Shown here: positions 18,842 through 27,669 of the stretch, piece by piece
Numbering within the stretch: the stretch's first letter is position 1
Layout: the number at the start of each line of letters is the position of its first letter
Assembly: GCA_963693055.1 (NCBI GenBank)
Contig: OY843751.1
Span: forward strand, 3,648,001 to 3,712,000
Reading direction: 5' to 3'
DNA: 64,000 bases
Source of the DNA: a bacterium
GTDB lineage: Bacteria > Zhuqueibacterota > Zhuqueibacteria > Residuimicrobiales > Krinioviventaceae
Made by a program: the position numbers and the translations under genes
The notes under the pieces: generated by a model
What the model was told of the DNA's origin: nothing
The model's input: the letters and a program-made list of their open reading frames with translations, nothing else
Databases searched by the model: none

Positions 18842-19510
18842 ATGAAAAAGCAATCAATTATTTTATTTTTACTCATGGTACTCATTTTCACCCCTTTCAT
18901 CAACGCGCAAACCATTATTGACAAAGGTATAAGAGGCGGACTCTGCTTGTCGGACGTTACCGGTGATGACGCGGAACATGCTGAATCCATAATGGGATAT
19001 TCCATTGGTGGTTTTGTAACGTTTTCTTTAAATCAACAATTTACAATCCGTCCCGAAGTCATGTTTTCAGCCAAAGGATTTGATTTTAATCATTCTGTTT
19101 TAACAACTATTTCTGACGTTCTGGTAGATATTCATTACAATACGGAAAATAGATTTAATTACCTTGAAATACCTGTTCTGGGTGTCTATAGTTTGAATCC
19201 TTCTATTAATATTTTTGCCGGACCGTACATGGAAATTTTTCTAAATGGAAGTGAAAAATACAGTTCTACAACAAAGTTTGAATATGATTTGAACGGTACA
19301 ACATACACCGATTCTGAAATCGATTCTGGCTCGGATGATATCAAATCCGATGATATCAATTCCCCTGGGTATGGCGTCACTGTTGGCGCTGAATACGTAA
19401 CATCACAATTCAGTTTCGGTCTAAGATATTCAAAAGCATTTACCGAGGTTTATAAAGACTTTGATTTTCAATTCAGTACTATACAATTCATGTTTGGTAT
19501 TTCTTTATAA
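18842..19510 (+). CDS. PorT-like porin-family outer membrane beta-barrel
   Basis: G.RGG, RPEV.FS.KG, YLEIPV, FAGPY, GLRY motifs; terminal FMFGISL. Confidence 0.75.
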   Translation: MKKQSIILFLLMVLIFTPFINAQTIIDKGIRGGLCLSDVTGDDAEHAESIMGYSIGGFVTFSLNQQFTIRPEVMFSAKGFDFNHSVLTTISDVLVDIHYNTENRFNYLEIPVLGVYSLNPSINIFAGPYMEIFLNGSEKYSSTTKFEYDLNGTTYTDSEIDSGSDDIKSDDINSPGYGVTVGAEYVTSQFSFGLRYSKAFTEVYKDFDFQFSTIQFMFGISL

Positions 19511-19550
19511 AATCAAAATTGCATGCATTGTTAGACCTTTAAATATTTAA

Positions 19551-19581
19551 TGGCCCTGTATTCTCTTAAATTACAGGGCCA
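19551..19581 (+). terminator. Stem-loop
   Basis: TGGCCCTGTA-N11-TACAGGGCCA. Confidence 0.55.
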
Positions 19582-19595
19582 TATCCGATTTTCAC

Positions 19596-19624
19596 TTGAT
19601 AAAGTCCCGCAAAGCTGTTATATT
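19596..19624 (+). promoter_or_regulatory. Sigma70 promoter (extended -10) of uppP
   Basis: TTGATA-N17-TATATT with TG at the extended position. Confidence 0.5.
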
Positions 19625-19683
19625 AATCCCAATTTAAAAATGTAAAAAATCATACCCCCTATTCTCGAACTGAAAGGATATAT

Positions 19684-20502
19684 GTGAATATAGGTCAGGC
19701 ATTATTGTTAGGCATTCTGCAGGGGTTGACAGAATTTTTACCCGTAAGCAGTTCAGGGCATCTCGTCCTTGGAAGAATTTTACTGGGCATTCCCGAAAAC
19801 GGAATCGCTTTTGAAATATTTGTTCATTTTGGTACCTTGTTGGCAGTATTGGTAGCTTTTAGAAAAGATGTATGGCAAATGATAAAATCTGTACTGGCAG
19901 CATTTAAATATATTGTATCACCTGCAAAACTCGCAGAGCAATACCATCGTGATTCTGAATTGCGGTTAGCTTTATATATTATCATTGGTACTATACCCGC
20001 TTTTATCATTGGATTGTTGTTCAAAGATAGTATAGAAAACGCCTTTAACGATCCACATCTGGTGAGTCTCATGTTAATTGTGACAGCAGCCATCTTGTTT
20101 TCAACACTCTTTATTAAAAAGACCGATAAAGATTTGACGCTGTCTAAATCTGTCATTATTGGTTTGGCACAGTCACTTGCAATTTTACCGGGTATTTCAC
20201 GCTCAGGTTCAACCATCAGCTTTGGTATGTTTCTTAAAGTAGACGGCAACCGTGCGGCTCGTTTTTCGTTCCTGCTTGCAATCCCTGCAATACTGGGTGC
20301 AACAGTATTAAAAATATCAGACCTCATTTCGGCAGGTATTGACAGCAACTATATGCTTGTACTTGCAGTTGGCACAATTGCTGCATTTATTTCAGGATAT
20401 ATTTCAATTCTATTTTTGTTAGATATAGTAAGGCGTGGTAAACTATATTGGTTTGCCCCCTATTGTCTTATCATTGGTATAATGGGGCTTTTGTTTATAT
20501 AA
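19684..20502 (+). CDS. uppP: Undecaprenyl-diphosphate phosphatase
   Basis: QGLTEFLPVSSSGHL, PGISRSGSTI. Confidence 0.96.
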   Translation: MNIGQALLLGILQGLTEFLPVSSSGHLVLGRILLGIPENGIAFEIFVHFGTLLAVLVAFRKDVWQMIKSVLAAFKYIVSPAKLAEQYHRDSELRLALYIIIGTIPAFIIGLLFKDSIENAFNDPHLVSLMLIVTAAILFSTLFIKKTDKDLTLSKSVIIGLAQSLAILPGISRSGSTISFGMFLKVDGNRAARFSFLLAIPAILGATVLKISDLISAGIDSNYMLVLAVGTIAAFISGYISILFLLDIVRRGKLYWFAPYCLIIGIMGLLFI

Positions 20503-20529
20503 AGCCTGAACAATTTTACAGAGGGTAGT

Positions 20530-21522
20530 GTGGCAATAACAGAACAATCTCTTTTAACAGCATTAAAAAAGAAAAAAATTGCACCCGCCTATTTTTTACA
20601 TGGTAAAGAACAGTTTCTTGTAGAAAAATATATGCAGGCAATTTTAGACCATGCACTTACCCCAGGTGATGAAGACTTTAATCTTGATCTGTTATACGGC
20701 AATGAAACAGAAGGTTCACAAATTGTAAATACTGCCATGGCTTTTCCCATGATGGCAGACAGACGTGTTGTTATTGTTAAAAACATTCACCTGGTTAAAG
20801 ACCCGGGACTTGATCTGTTAATAAAGTATTTAAAGAAACCATCCTCTACTACTTGTCTGGTATTGAGCAGTGCGTCTAAAGAAAAAAAACGTCTGCGTGA
20901 CATTGCCAAGCTTTGTGACGAGCTCGAATGCAGCCCTATAAAAGACTATAAAATACCGGAATGGATTAAAGAATATTTAAAAGGTAAACATTTAAAGATC
21001 ACAGAAGAAGCACTACGTTTTTTACACGGCCACGCAGGCAGCTCGCTTCAAAACATTAGCAGTGAAATAGACAAGATAGTCTTAAATCTTGACAATAAAG
21101 ATCTGATTGATATTGGTGATGTTGAAGCGGTCGTTGGAATTTCCAAACAATATAACGTGTTTGAACTCTGCGACCGTGTAGGCCATAAAGATATTGTAAA
21201 CAGTATACATATTGTTAACCAATTGATCCAATTGGGTGAAGCGCCGGGTATGATCATAAGCCAGCTGGCACGGCATTTTCAACGGTTAATCATACTCAAA
21301 GAACTCAAAGCCGATAGAAAAAGTAATGATGACATTGCCAAAGTCATCAAATGCCATCCCTTCTTTGTTAAAAACTATACCCAGCAGGCAAATAAATTTG
21401 ACTGGGTACAAATCAATAAAGTTTTCAAACTTTTGTTGGAAACAGATGTTGAATTAAAATCAAGCAGGCAAAAACCAATACTGTTGCTTGAACTGTTTCT
21501 ACTGAAATTGAAATACTTGTAA
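20530..21522 (+). CDS. holA: DNA polymerase III delta subunit
   Basis: Y.LHG.E.FL, FPMMADRRVVIVK, EIDK, YNVFEL, HPFFVK, L..D..LKSS. Confidence 0.88.
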   Translation: MAITEQSLLTALKKKKIAPAYFLHGKEQFLVEKYMQAILDHALTPGDEDFNLDLLYGNETEGSQIVNTAMAFPMMADRRVVIVKNIHLVKDPGLDLLIKYLKKPSSTTCLVLSSASKEKKRLRDIAKLCDELECSPIKDYKIPEWIKEYLKGKHLKITEEALRFLHGHAGSSLQNISSEIDKIVLNLDNKDLIDIGDVEAVVGISKQYNVFELCDRVGHKDIVNSIHIVNQLIQLGEAPGMIISQLARHFQRLIILKELKADRKSNDDIAKVIKCHPFFVKNYTQQANKFDWVQINKVFKLLLETDVELKSSRQKPILLLELFLLKLKYL

Positions 21523-21528
21523 TTTACT

Positions 21529-21555
21529 GGAACTTTTTTAAACCATAGGTGTTAG
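21529..21555 (+). promoter_or_regulatory. ECF-type autoregulatory promoter
   Basis: GGAAC-N17-GTTA immediately upstream of the ECF sigma ATG at 21567. Confidence 0.6.
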
Positions 21556-21566
21556 ATTAATACAGA

Positions 21567-22160
21567 ATGACGGCCAAAGAAATATCAAATTCAAACTTGA
21601 CCGATGAGGAACTCATTCGCAAATTCCAGGAAGGCGAGCTTTATGCCTACGATCTCATCGTCCGCCGGTACAAGGATCAATTATTGAACTTTGCCTACCG
21701 CTTTTTGGGTAATTTGGAAGAATCTGAGGACGTCGTTCAGGAAACTTTTTTGAGATTGTATAGAAACCGGCACGCGTATAAACAGATTGCCAAGTTCTCT
21801 ACATGGATCTATACCATTGCAGGCAACCTGGCTAAAACTGAACTACGCAAACGTAAACGCCGTAAACTGGTATCCATATCAGATATGGGTTTTGAAGAAA
21901 AAGAATTCGAGATCGAAGATGAAGGTGCCAATACGGAAAGGTTGACAGATTCCGTGTTAAAAGAAAAGATCATTCAGGATGCAATCGAAAAATTACCATT
22001 CAGGTTTAAACAAGTTATCATCCTGAGAGATATTCAGGAACTTTCATATGAGGATATCAGTTCAATTTTACGAATTCCATTAGGAACGGTCAAATCACGG
22101 GTAAACAGAGCCCGTCTGAAATTACAGTCCCTGTTGGGAGACATAGTAGAAAAAAATTAA
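21567..22160 (+). CDS. ECF sigma factor (RpoE/SigW-like)
   Basis: EDVVQETFL, FSTWIYTIA.N, LSYEDI...IPLGTVKSR..RAR. Confidence 0.93.
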   Translation: MTAKEISNSNLTDEELIRKFQEGELYAYDLIVRRYKDQLLNFAYRFLGNLEESEDVVQETFLRLYRNRHAYKQIAKFSTWIYTIAGNLAKTELRKRKRRKLVSISDMGFEEKEFEIEDEGANTERLTDSVLKEKIIQDAIEKLPFRFKQVIILRDIQELSYEDISSILRIPLGTVKSRVNRARLKLQSLLGDIVEKN

Positions 22161-22176
22161 TAACAAAGAGGCGCTA

Positions 22177-22827
22177 ATGGCAGTTTGTTACCAATTCTTG
22201 AAACACATTAACGACTACATAGATAACGACATTGATCAAACAGATTTAAAACTGCTCAACAAACATATGGCAGAATGCGATGAATGCCGTCTCTATGTTG
22301 AACGTTCTAAAGCGGTGAAACACTCCTTATCTGCTTTACCAAGGTACAAGACCTCTTCTTCTTTTGATATTGTTTTAAAGGAACGTCTAAGAAACGAGAT
22401 CAAACAGGAGAAAACCAGCAGGTGGTCTTTCTTTCAATTCAACTTTACAAATCCTGTACGAATTCCTGCAATGGCAGCAGGTGCTTTTGCAATCGTTGTG
22501 ATTGGTCTGTTTATTTCACAGCCGCTGTTTGTCAGCAATGATTCGCGTCAACCTGCAGTTGCCGAACAGGACGCATTTAGCACAGAGTCTATTGTTGTAC
22601 CAGCATCCCAAAGCACAACTAATGACCATTCTCTTAAAATGAGAAATTATGTTAATGTTCGGGAGCAATTCCATCTTGATGGGCAATACTCAAATTATTC
22701 TTTACAATCAAATAATGCATCAGGTAGAATTGAGCGGTCCAGCAATAACGATAGCATTCGCGCTTTTCAATCGAATACAAATGACAAACCCTTAATTCGT
22801 CAGGCGAATTCGACAGTACATTTCTAA
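22177..22827 (+). CDS. Zinc-binding (ZAS, zf-HC2) transmembrane anti-sigma factor
   Basis: HMAECDEC = HxxxCxxC; one TM helix; follows the ECF sigma gene. Confidence 0.85.
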   Translation: MAVCYQFLKHINDYIDNDIDQTDLKLLNKHMAECDECRLYVERSKAVKHSLSALPRYKTSSSFDIVLKERLRNEIKQEKTSRWSFFQFNFTNPVRIPAMAAGAFAIVVIGLFISQPLFVSNDSRQPAVAEQDAFSTESIVVPASQSTTNDHSLKMRNYVNVREQFHLDGQYSNYSLQSNNASGRIERSSNNDSIRAFQSNTNDKPLIRQANSTVHF

Positions 22828-22851
22828 GTTGAATTTTAAATGTGGTGAATC

Positions 22852-24057
22852 ATGCAGCATAAAAAATCGACCATTTTTTATCTAATGGTGTATTGCATAT
22901 TATGGAGCACATACGTACAGGCAGATAACGGATCTTTTCTGAAACAATTTGAAAGGGAAATGACTGGCCTTGTTAAAACCATTTCCCCCTCTATTGTAAC
23001 TATTTCCGCCAAGTTTGATTATTCCTACATCCAGGACTCTAAAGGGTCTATTCTTAATTTTAAAGATACAAAAAAACAACCAATCGAAATAACCAATATT
23101 GGTTCTGGCTTTATTATTGACAGTACATTTATTATTACCAAAACTTCTGTAATAAATGGCAGTCAAGATATTCAGGTTATTTATAATGACAGTACCATTC
23201 AAAAAGCAACTGTTCTGGGCACTGATCCTGAATTGGGTATATCTATTATTCAGGTGGACTCTGTCATTCAGCATCCGTTGCAATTTGGAAATTCAGATAG
23301 CCTGAGCATGGGGTGCTGGGTCATGCTAATGGGTAATTCCATGGGCATTGCTCCATCGGTATCCTTTGGTATTGTTAATTGTATCCGTAAAGATGATATA
23401 TTCCAGGTATCTACCAATGTCGCAGCAGGCAATGCGGGTGGAGCCATTTTTAATACCAATGGAGAAATGGTGGGTATGCTTACAAGTTCAAAAGATATTG
23501 AAAGCGACTCTCCTATTTTAGGCTCTTCCTTTTTTGCAAACGAAACCGTTTTTGCCCATCCTTCAAAAAAGATACAAAATGTTGTAAAATCCATTATCGA
23601 AAGAAGCAAGCTGCCAACTGGCTGGATTGGTGTTACAGCAGAAGACTGGCCAGGACATAATGGTGGTGTACATATAAGCAAGGTTACCCCAGGTGGACCT
23701 GCTGAAAACGCCGGTTTGCGTATTGGCGATATTATCTTGACAATCAATGGCAAAAAAATCAATCATACCCTTGATCTTGCTAACCATATTAAATTTTTAC
23801 GACCGGGTGAAAAAATACAATTCAAGGTCCTCACCAGTAAAGGTATGAATGTAAAATCTGTTACTGTTGGAGAACAACCGGGACAAAATGCAAGTTACTA
23901 TACAAATGCACCGAATCCCTTTCTTGAAAATGTACCATTTCTGGAACCGGTAAATCAATCGAAAGCATCAGGACAAAGTAAACAAATATTGATGCAGCGT
24001 ATAGACATGTTGGAACAAGAGATCCATTCTCTCAAGAATATGATTGAAAAAAGATAG
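22852..24057 (+). CDS. HtrA/DegP-family trypsin-fold + PDZ protein, catalytic triad absent
   Basis: GSGFII, ITKTSVI (His absent), DPELGIS (Asp absent), GNAGG (Ser->Ala); PDZ GWIGV...GPAE.AGL..GD.I. Confidence 0.85.
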   Translation: MQHKKSTIFYLMVYCILWSTYVQADNGSFLKQFEREMTGLVKTISPSIVTISAKFDYSYIQDSKGSILNFKDTKKQPIEITNIGSGFIIDSTFIITKTSVINGSQDIQVIYNDSTIQKATVLGTDPELGISIIQVDSVIQHPLQFGNSDSLSMGCWVMLMGNSMGIAPSVSFGIVNCIRKDDIFQVSTNVAAGNAGGAIFNTNGEMVGMLTSSKDIESDSPILGSSFFANETVFAHPSKKIQNVVKSIIERSKLPTGWIGVTAEDWPGHNGGVHISKVTPGGPAENAGLRIGDIILTINGKKINHTLDLANHIKFLRPGEKIQFKVLTSKGMNVKSVTVGEQPGQNASYYTNAPNPFLENVPFLEPVNQSKASGQSKQILMQRIDMLEQEIHSLKNMIEKR

Positions 24058-24137
24058 CTAACCGCATACAATTATCTTGACTTTTTCAAAAAAAGTGCTA
24101 AATTATAAATCTGTTTTAAAATAGACAGAAACGTTCT

Positions 24138-24746
24138 TTGAAGAAAAATAAAATGAAAACAATATTACTGGCAACTAAAAATAAAGACAAAGTAACCGAA
24201 CTGAAACAAATCCTTGGAGATTTACCGGTTGTTTTAAAATCCGCCAGCGATATGGAACATATTCCAACGGTTGAAGAAGATCAGGATACCCTGCAAGGTA
24301 ACGCGATCAAAAAAGCAACCGAGTATTCATTAGCAGCAGGCTTGCCCGCACTTGCGGATGACACAGGCTTGGAAGTTGACGCTCTTGATGGAGAACCCGG
24401 AGTCAATTCAGCTCGATATGCAGGTTCCGAAGCTACCTATCAGGACAATGTGAACAAGCTTGTTTCACAAATGGCAGGTGTTTCTAAGGAAAATCGTAAA
24501 GCACGCTTTAGAACTGTCATTGCATTTGTTGATGGCGAAAACGTGCAAACAGTTGAAGGTGTCTGCGAGGGAGAGATTCTGGATAAACCAACCGGTGATA
24601 AAGGTTTTGGTTACGATCCGGTTTTCTACTATCCCCCACTTGAAAAAACCTTTGCAGAAATGAATACGGAAGAAAAAAACAGGATCAGTCACCGAGGACT
24701 GGCACTGCAAAACATTAGAGATTATTTAAAAGATTATATAAAATAG
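24138..24746 (+). CDS. rdgB: Non-canonical purine NTP pyrophosphatase RdgB/HAM1 (true start possibly ATG 24153)
   Basis: AT.N..K, ADDTGL, PGV.SARY, GFGYDP, KN.ISHR. Confidence 0.95.
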   Translation: MKKNKMKTILLATKNKDKVTELKQILGDLPVVLKSASDMEHIPTVEEDQDTLQGNAIKKATEYSLAAGLPALADDTGLEVDALDGEPGVNSARYAGSEATYQDNVNKLVSQMAGVSKENRKARFRTVIAFVDGENVQTVEGVCEGEILDKPTGDKGFGYDPVFYYPPLEKTFAEMNTEEKNRISHRGLALQNIRDYLKDYIK

Positions 24747-24753
24747 TACCCCT

Positions 24754-24828
24754 CGGGGTGTAGCGCAGCCCGGTTAGCGCGCCTGCTTTGGGAGCAGGAA
24801 GTCGAGAGTTCGAATCTCTCCACCCCGA
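24754..24828 (+). tRNA. tRNA-Pro (TGG)
   Basis: Acceptor CGGGGTG/CACCCCG, anticodon arm CCTGC-TTTGGGA-GCAGG, T-arm GAGAG-TTCGAAT-CTCTC; CCA not encoded. Confidence 0.96.
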
Positions 24829-25019
24829 CAGATTAAAGCCAATGTAAATCAAATACATTGGCTTTTTTAATTTTATATGCTTAATACCCGGTTTGCTCGT
24901 CCGCCGGAGGCGGAAATTAGAGAGTTCGAATCTCTCCACCCCGACAGATTAAAGCCATTGTAAATCAAATACATTGGCTTTTTTAATTTTATATGCTTAA
25001 TACCCGGTTTGCTCGTCCG
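24804..25019 (+). repeat. Tandem 100-bp direct repeat of tRNA-Pro 3' end + terminator (24804-24903 and 24920-25019)
   Basis: The copies differ at 1 position (GCCAATG vs GCCATTG); a TCCGCC-GGA-GGCGGA hairpin sits at the junction. Confidence 0.92.
24835..24868 (+). terminator. tRNA terminator (second copy in the repeat)
   Basis: AAAGCCAATGTA-N7-TACATTGGCTTTTTT. Confidence 0.75.
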
Positions 25020-25347
25020 TCTTTTAGTGAACGGTTCAGGACGCTTCACAAACCCATAATCCCACTGGTTATGAGACTTTAATATGAAAGTTTTCAAGAT
25101 AGATTGTCAGCAGTTAATAGTGTGAATTTTTAGAGAAGTAGTAAGTGCGGTTTATGGTTCAAAATAATTCAGGTTTAGATTAGAAAAATCAAACATACAA
25201 CACAGATAGACGTATATAGGAAAGAAATTTGCTGCATTTATTATTAAAGGTAAAAAAAGCAAATAAATTGGAATCTGGGGTCAAATTATTTTGCATAATA
25301 ATATTAAATTAGTATATTATAATAGATATAAAATTGGGAGGTATAAT

Positions 25348-25521
25348 ATGGCAACTTCATCATTCGAGGATAAGTTTGTTATCAAGAGTAAAGATGTTGC
25401 TGATAAAATTTTATCCGAGTTCGAAAAGAAACATCCAGCAAATTTTGAATTAGTTGATATAGATAAAAAGTTGGAAAAAGGGGAAAAATTATTACAGCGT
25501 CATACGAACTTACCTCATTAG
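25348..25521 (+). CDS. Small putative antitoxin (57 aa, MATSSF...)
   Basis: GGGAGG RBS before ATG 25348; overlaps the downstream GNAT reading frame. Confidence 0.6.
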   Translation: MATSSFEDKFVIKSKDVADKILSEFEKKHPANFELVDIDKKLEKGEKLLQRHTNLPH

Positions 25522-26057
25522 ATAATTTATTAAATAATTACGAAAAAGCCCAAGTTGAAAAATTCCTTGGGCTTTTTTCGTGTCCATTAAATGTAGATGT
25601 TGAAAGTTATTTACACAATACTGCCATAGTGCATTCACTGAAACACATGAGCAAAACATTTCTTTATTTGGGTGATAAATTGGAAATTTACACCTATTTC
25701 ACATTATCATTAAAACATGTCTCAATTATGAATGAAGAATTATCAAAATCAGCTGTTAAAAAACTAAATGGTTTAGATAAAAACTGTAAAGAATTCATTG
25801 CTGTTTTACTTGGCCAAATAGGCAGAAACTATAAAATTGATAAAGAGGATAATCCTGTCAATATGGATATAATGATGACAGATATTATAAATTTTTATTT
25901 AAAAACTCAAAAATATGTGGGCTGTAGGGTATTAATTCTTGAATGTTGTGATAACCTAAAATTGAAAAACCTTTATAATAAATTTAATTTTCATTTTTTA
26001 CAAAAAAATGATGATCCAGAAAAAGACTTGATACAAATGTACCAAATTATTGATTAA
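25491..26057 (+). CDS. GNAT acetyltransferase, putative toxin (track start 25629; frame open back to 25467, probable ATT start)
   Basis: Upstream in-frame FSCPLNVDVESYLHNTAI, then YFTLS, LLGQIGRN, GCRVLILEC, L..LY..F.F, typical of TA-associated GNATs. Confidence 0.7.
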   Translation: MTASYELTSLDNLLNNYEKAQVEKFLGLFSCPLNVDVESYLHNTAIVHSLKHMSKTFLYLGDKLEIYTYFTLSLKHVSIMNEELSKSAVKKLNGLDKNCKEFIAVLLGQIGRNYKIDKEDNPVNMDIMMTDIINFYLKTQKYVGCRVLILECCDNLKLKNLYNKFNFHFLQKNDDPEKDLIQMYQIID

Positions 26058-26558
26058 TATTATCAGGGATTATGAGCATAGTTGGATATTCACTTTGTAA
26101 TATTATCTTTAAAAAGAGTAATTACGATAATTTACCCCTTGATTATTTATTGAGAAAAACCTTTTAGTACAGATACAATATCCAAATCAAGTTTATTGTA
26201 AGAGTTTCATTAAAATACGAGGATTGTATTAGTAGATAGGGCTATTAATAAAATTTTTCACCTAAATGACAGATATTTATAGATGAAATATAAATTAAAC
26301 TTATGATTTAAATGTACTTGGGTGGTTGCCACTTAAACCCATGGGGTGTTCTTAGTTTTAAGACAGATTAGCAGGGGCTTTTAGCCTAATTTTGTAAGGC
26401 TTTAATCTCGTTAGGTTTAATTCTCCACAAAGATTAAATTGATAAAAGTATGATTTACTTGATAATATTCATATATATCACTATTTCATTAAAGCTGTTC
26501 AACCCAAAATTATTTATGAAAAAAGTAATTTAATCAATTCTATTATGGAGAATAAATA

Positions 26559-27467
26559 ATGAACGAAAACCCTTTACTATATATTATTTTTGCTTTAATA
26601 ATATTTCAAAATAATTCATATTCAGAACAACTTAAATATGACACAGAAATTATCATTAACATGGATAAAAATGATTATATTTTACGTGAAAGAATTACCT
26701 TAGAAATTAAAGTCTTAAACTACGATATAAAAGGTCCAAAAATCGGAAGGTTTACAGATGTTTTAGAAAAACTGTATCTCCAAAAGTCGTCTGGGGAAAT
26801 ATATCCATTTCAATTTACAATTAGTTATTCAGATGATATTCCACATATGTCACCAGGAGATTCATTAATTGATCAAGTTGACTTGTTGATGTCATACGGG
26901 GTGTTACAAAATTTAAAGAATGATTTTATATTACCTGTAGGTGACTATGAAACAAAACTTGTTTGGTATGAACGTGATAATCATGCACCAATTATTTCAA
27001 ATACAATTAAATTTACTATACACGAACCTGATGAAAATGAAAAAAAAGAACAAAATTTATTTTTAAAATTCCTGGAAAATGTATCATATCATAAAGACAG
27101 ATATGATAGTACTGCAATAAAAATGAATGAATATTATGATATATTAATTAACCAATTTCCACATAGTGCATACATAGAGAGAGCTTTAGTTTTCAAATTT
27201 CTTGTTAATACTAACAATAGAAAATTCAGTAGCAATTTATTAAAACTTTCAAGTGAAACATGTTTTGAATTTCTTAATTATTTTCCAAAAGAAATCAGCT
27301 TTCTTACCATTGATCCAATATTTGAATATTATCAGTCAATTGATGATTTTGATAAAGGAATCTCAAGGTTGCATGAGATGTACCAATCTAAAGAAATAAG
27401 TAAATACATAACAATATTAGATTCTGAAATTGAAAAGTATAACAAACGTAAGAAAATCAATAACTAA
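26559..27467 (+). CDS. Hypothetical exported protein (very AT-rich)
   Basis: 302-aa ORF with GGAG RBS and signal-like N-terminus; beta-rich N half, helical C half. Confidence 0.6.
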   Translation: MNENPLLYIIFALIIFQNNSYSEQLKYDTEIIINMDKNDYILRERITLEIKVLNYDIKGPKIGRFTDVLEKLYLQKSSGEIYPFQFTISYSDDIPHMSPGDSLIDQVDLLMSYGVLQNLKNDFILPVGDYETKLVWYERDNHAPIISNTIKFTIHEPDENEKKEQNLFLKFLENVSYHKDRYDSTAIKMNEYYDILINQFPHSAYIERALVFKFLVNTNNRKFSSNLLKLSSETCFEFLNYFPKEISFLTIDPIFEYYQSIDDFDKGISRLHEMYQSKEISKYITILDSEIEKYNKRKKINN

Positions 27468-27669
27468 TATTTTCGAGACATTATAAGACTATCAAGTCTT
27501 GAAAATCTATCTCAAAACCCATCCCACATCCAAATGATTTATTCATCTCCAAAACCGAGACAGAACTTTTATTACGCCATCGCCCACCACTCAAAATTTT
27601 GAATACCCTTTATTACTAAAAAAACTCTGTATTTTATTATATAATATTTTATCTTAAAAAGATAAGCAG

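Noticed and set aside
25020-25080. tRNA-like D-arm fragment (CGGTTCAGGACGC)
   Set aside because: No acceptor stem or T-arm can be formed
24715-25097. Two similar 74-aa minus-strand ORFs
   Set aside because: Artefacts of reading the tRNA and its 100-bp duplication in antisense
27468-27520. TTTTCGAGACA / TCTCAAAA resembling IS ends
   Set aside because: Too short and degenerate, with no matching TIR pair
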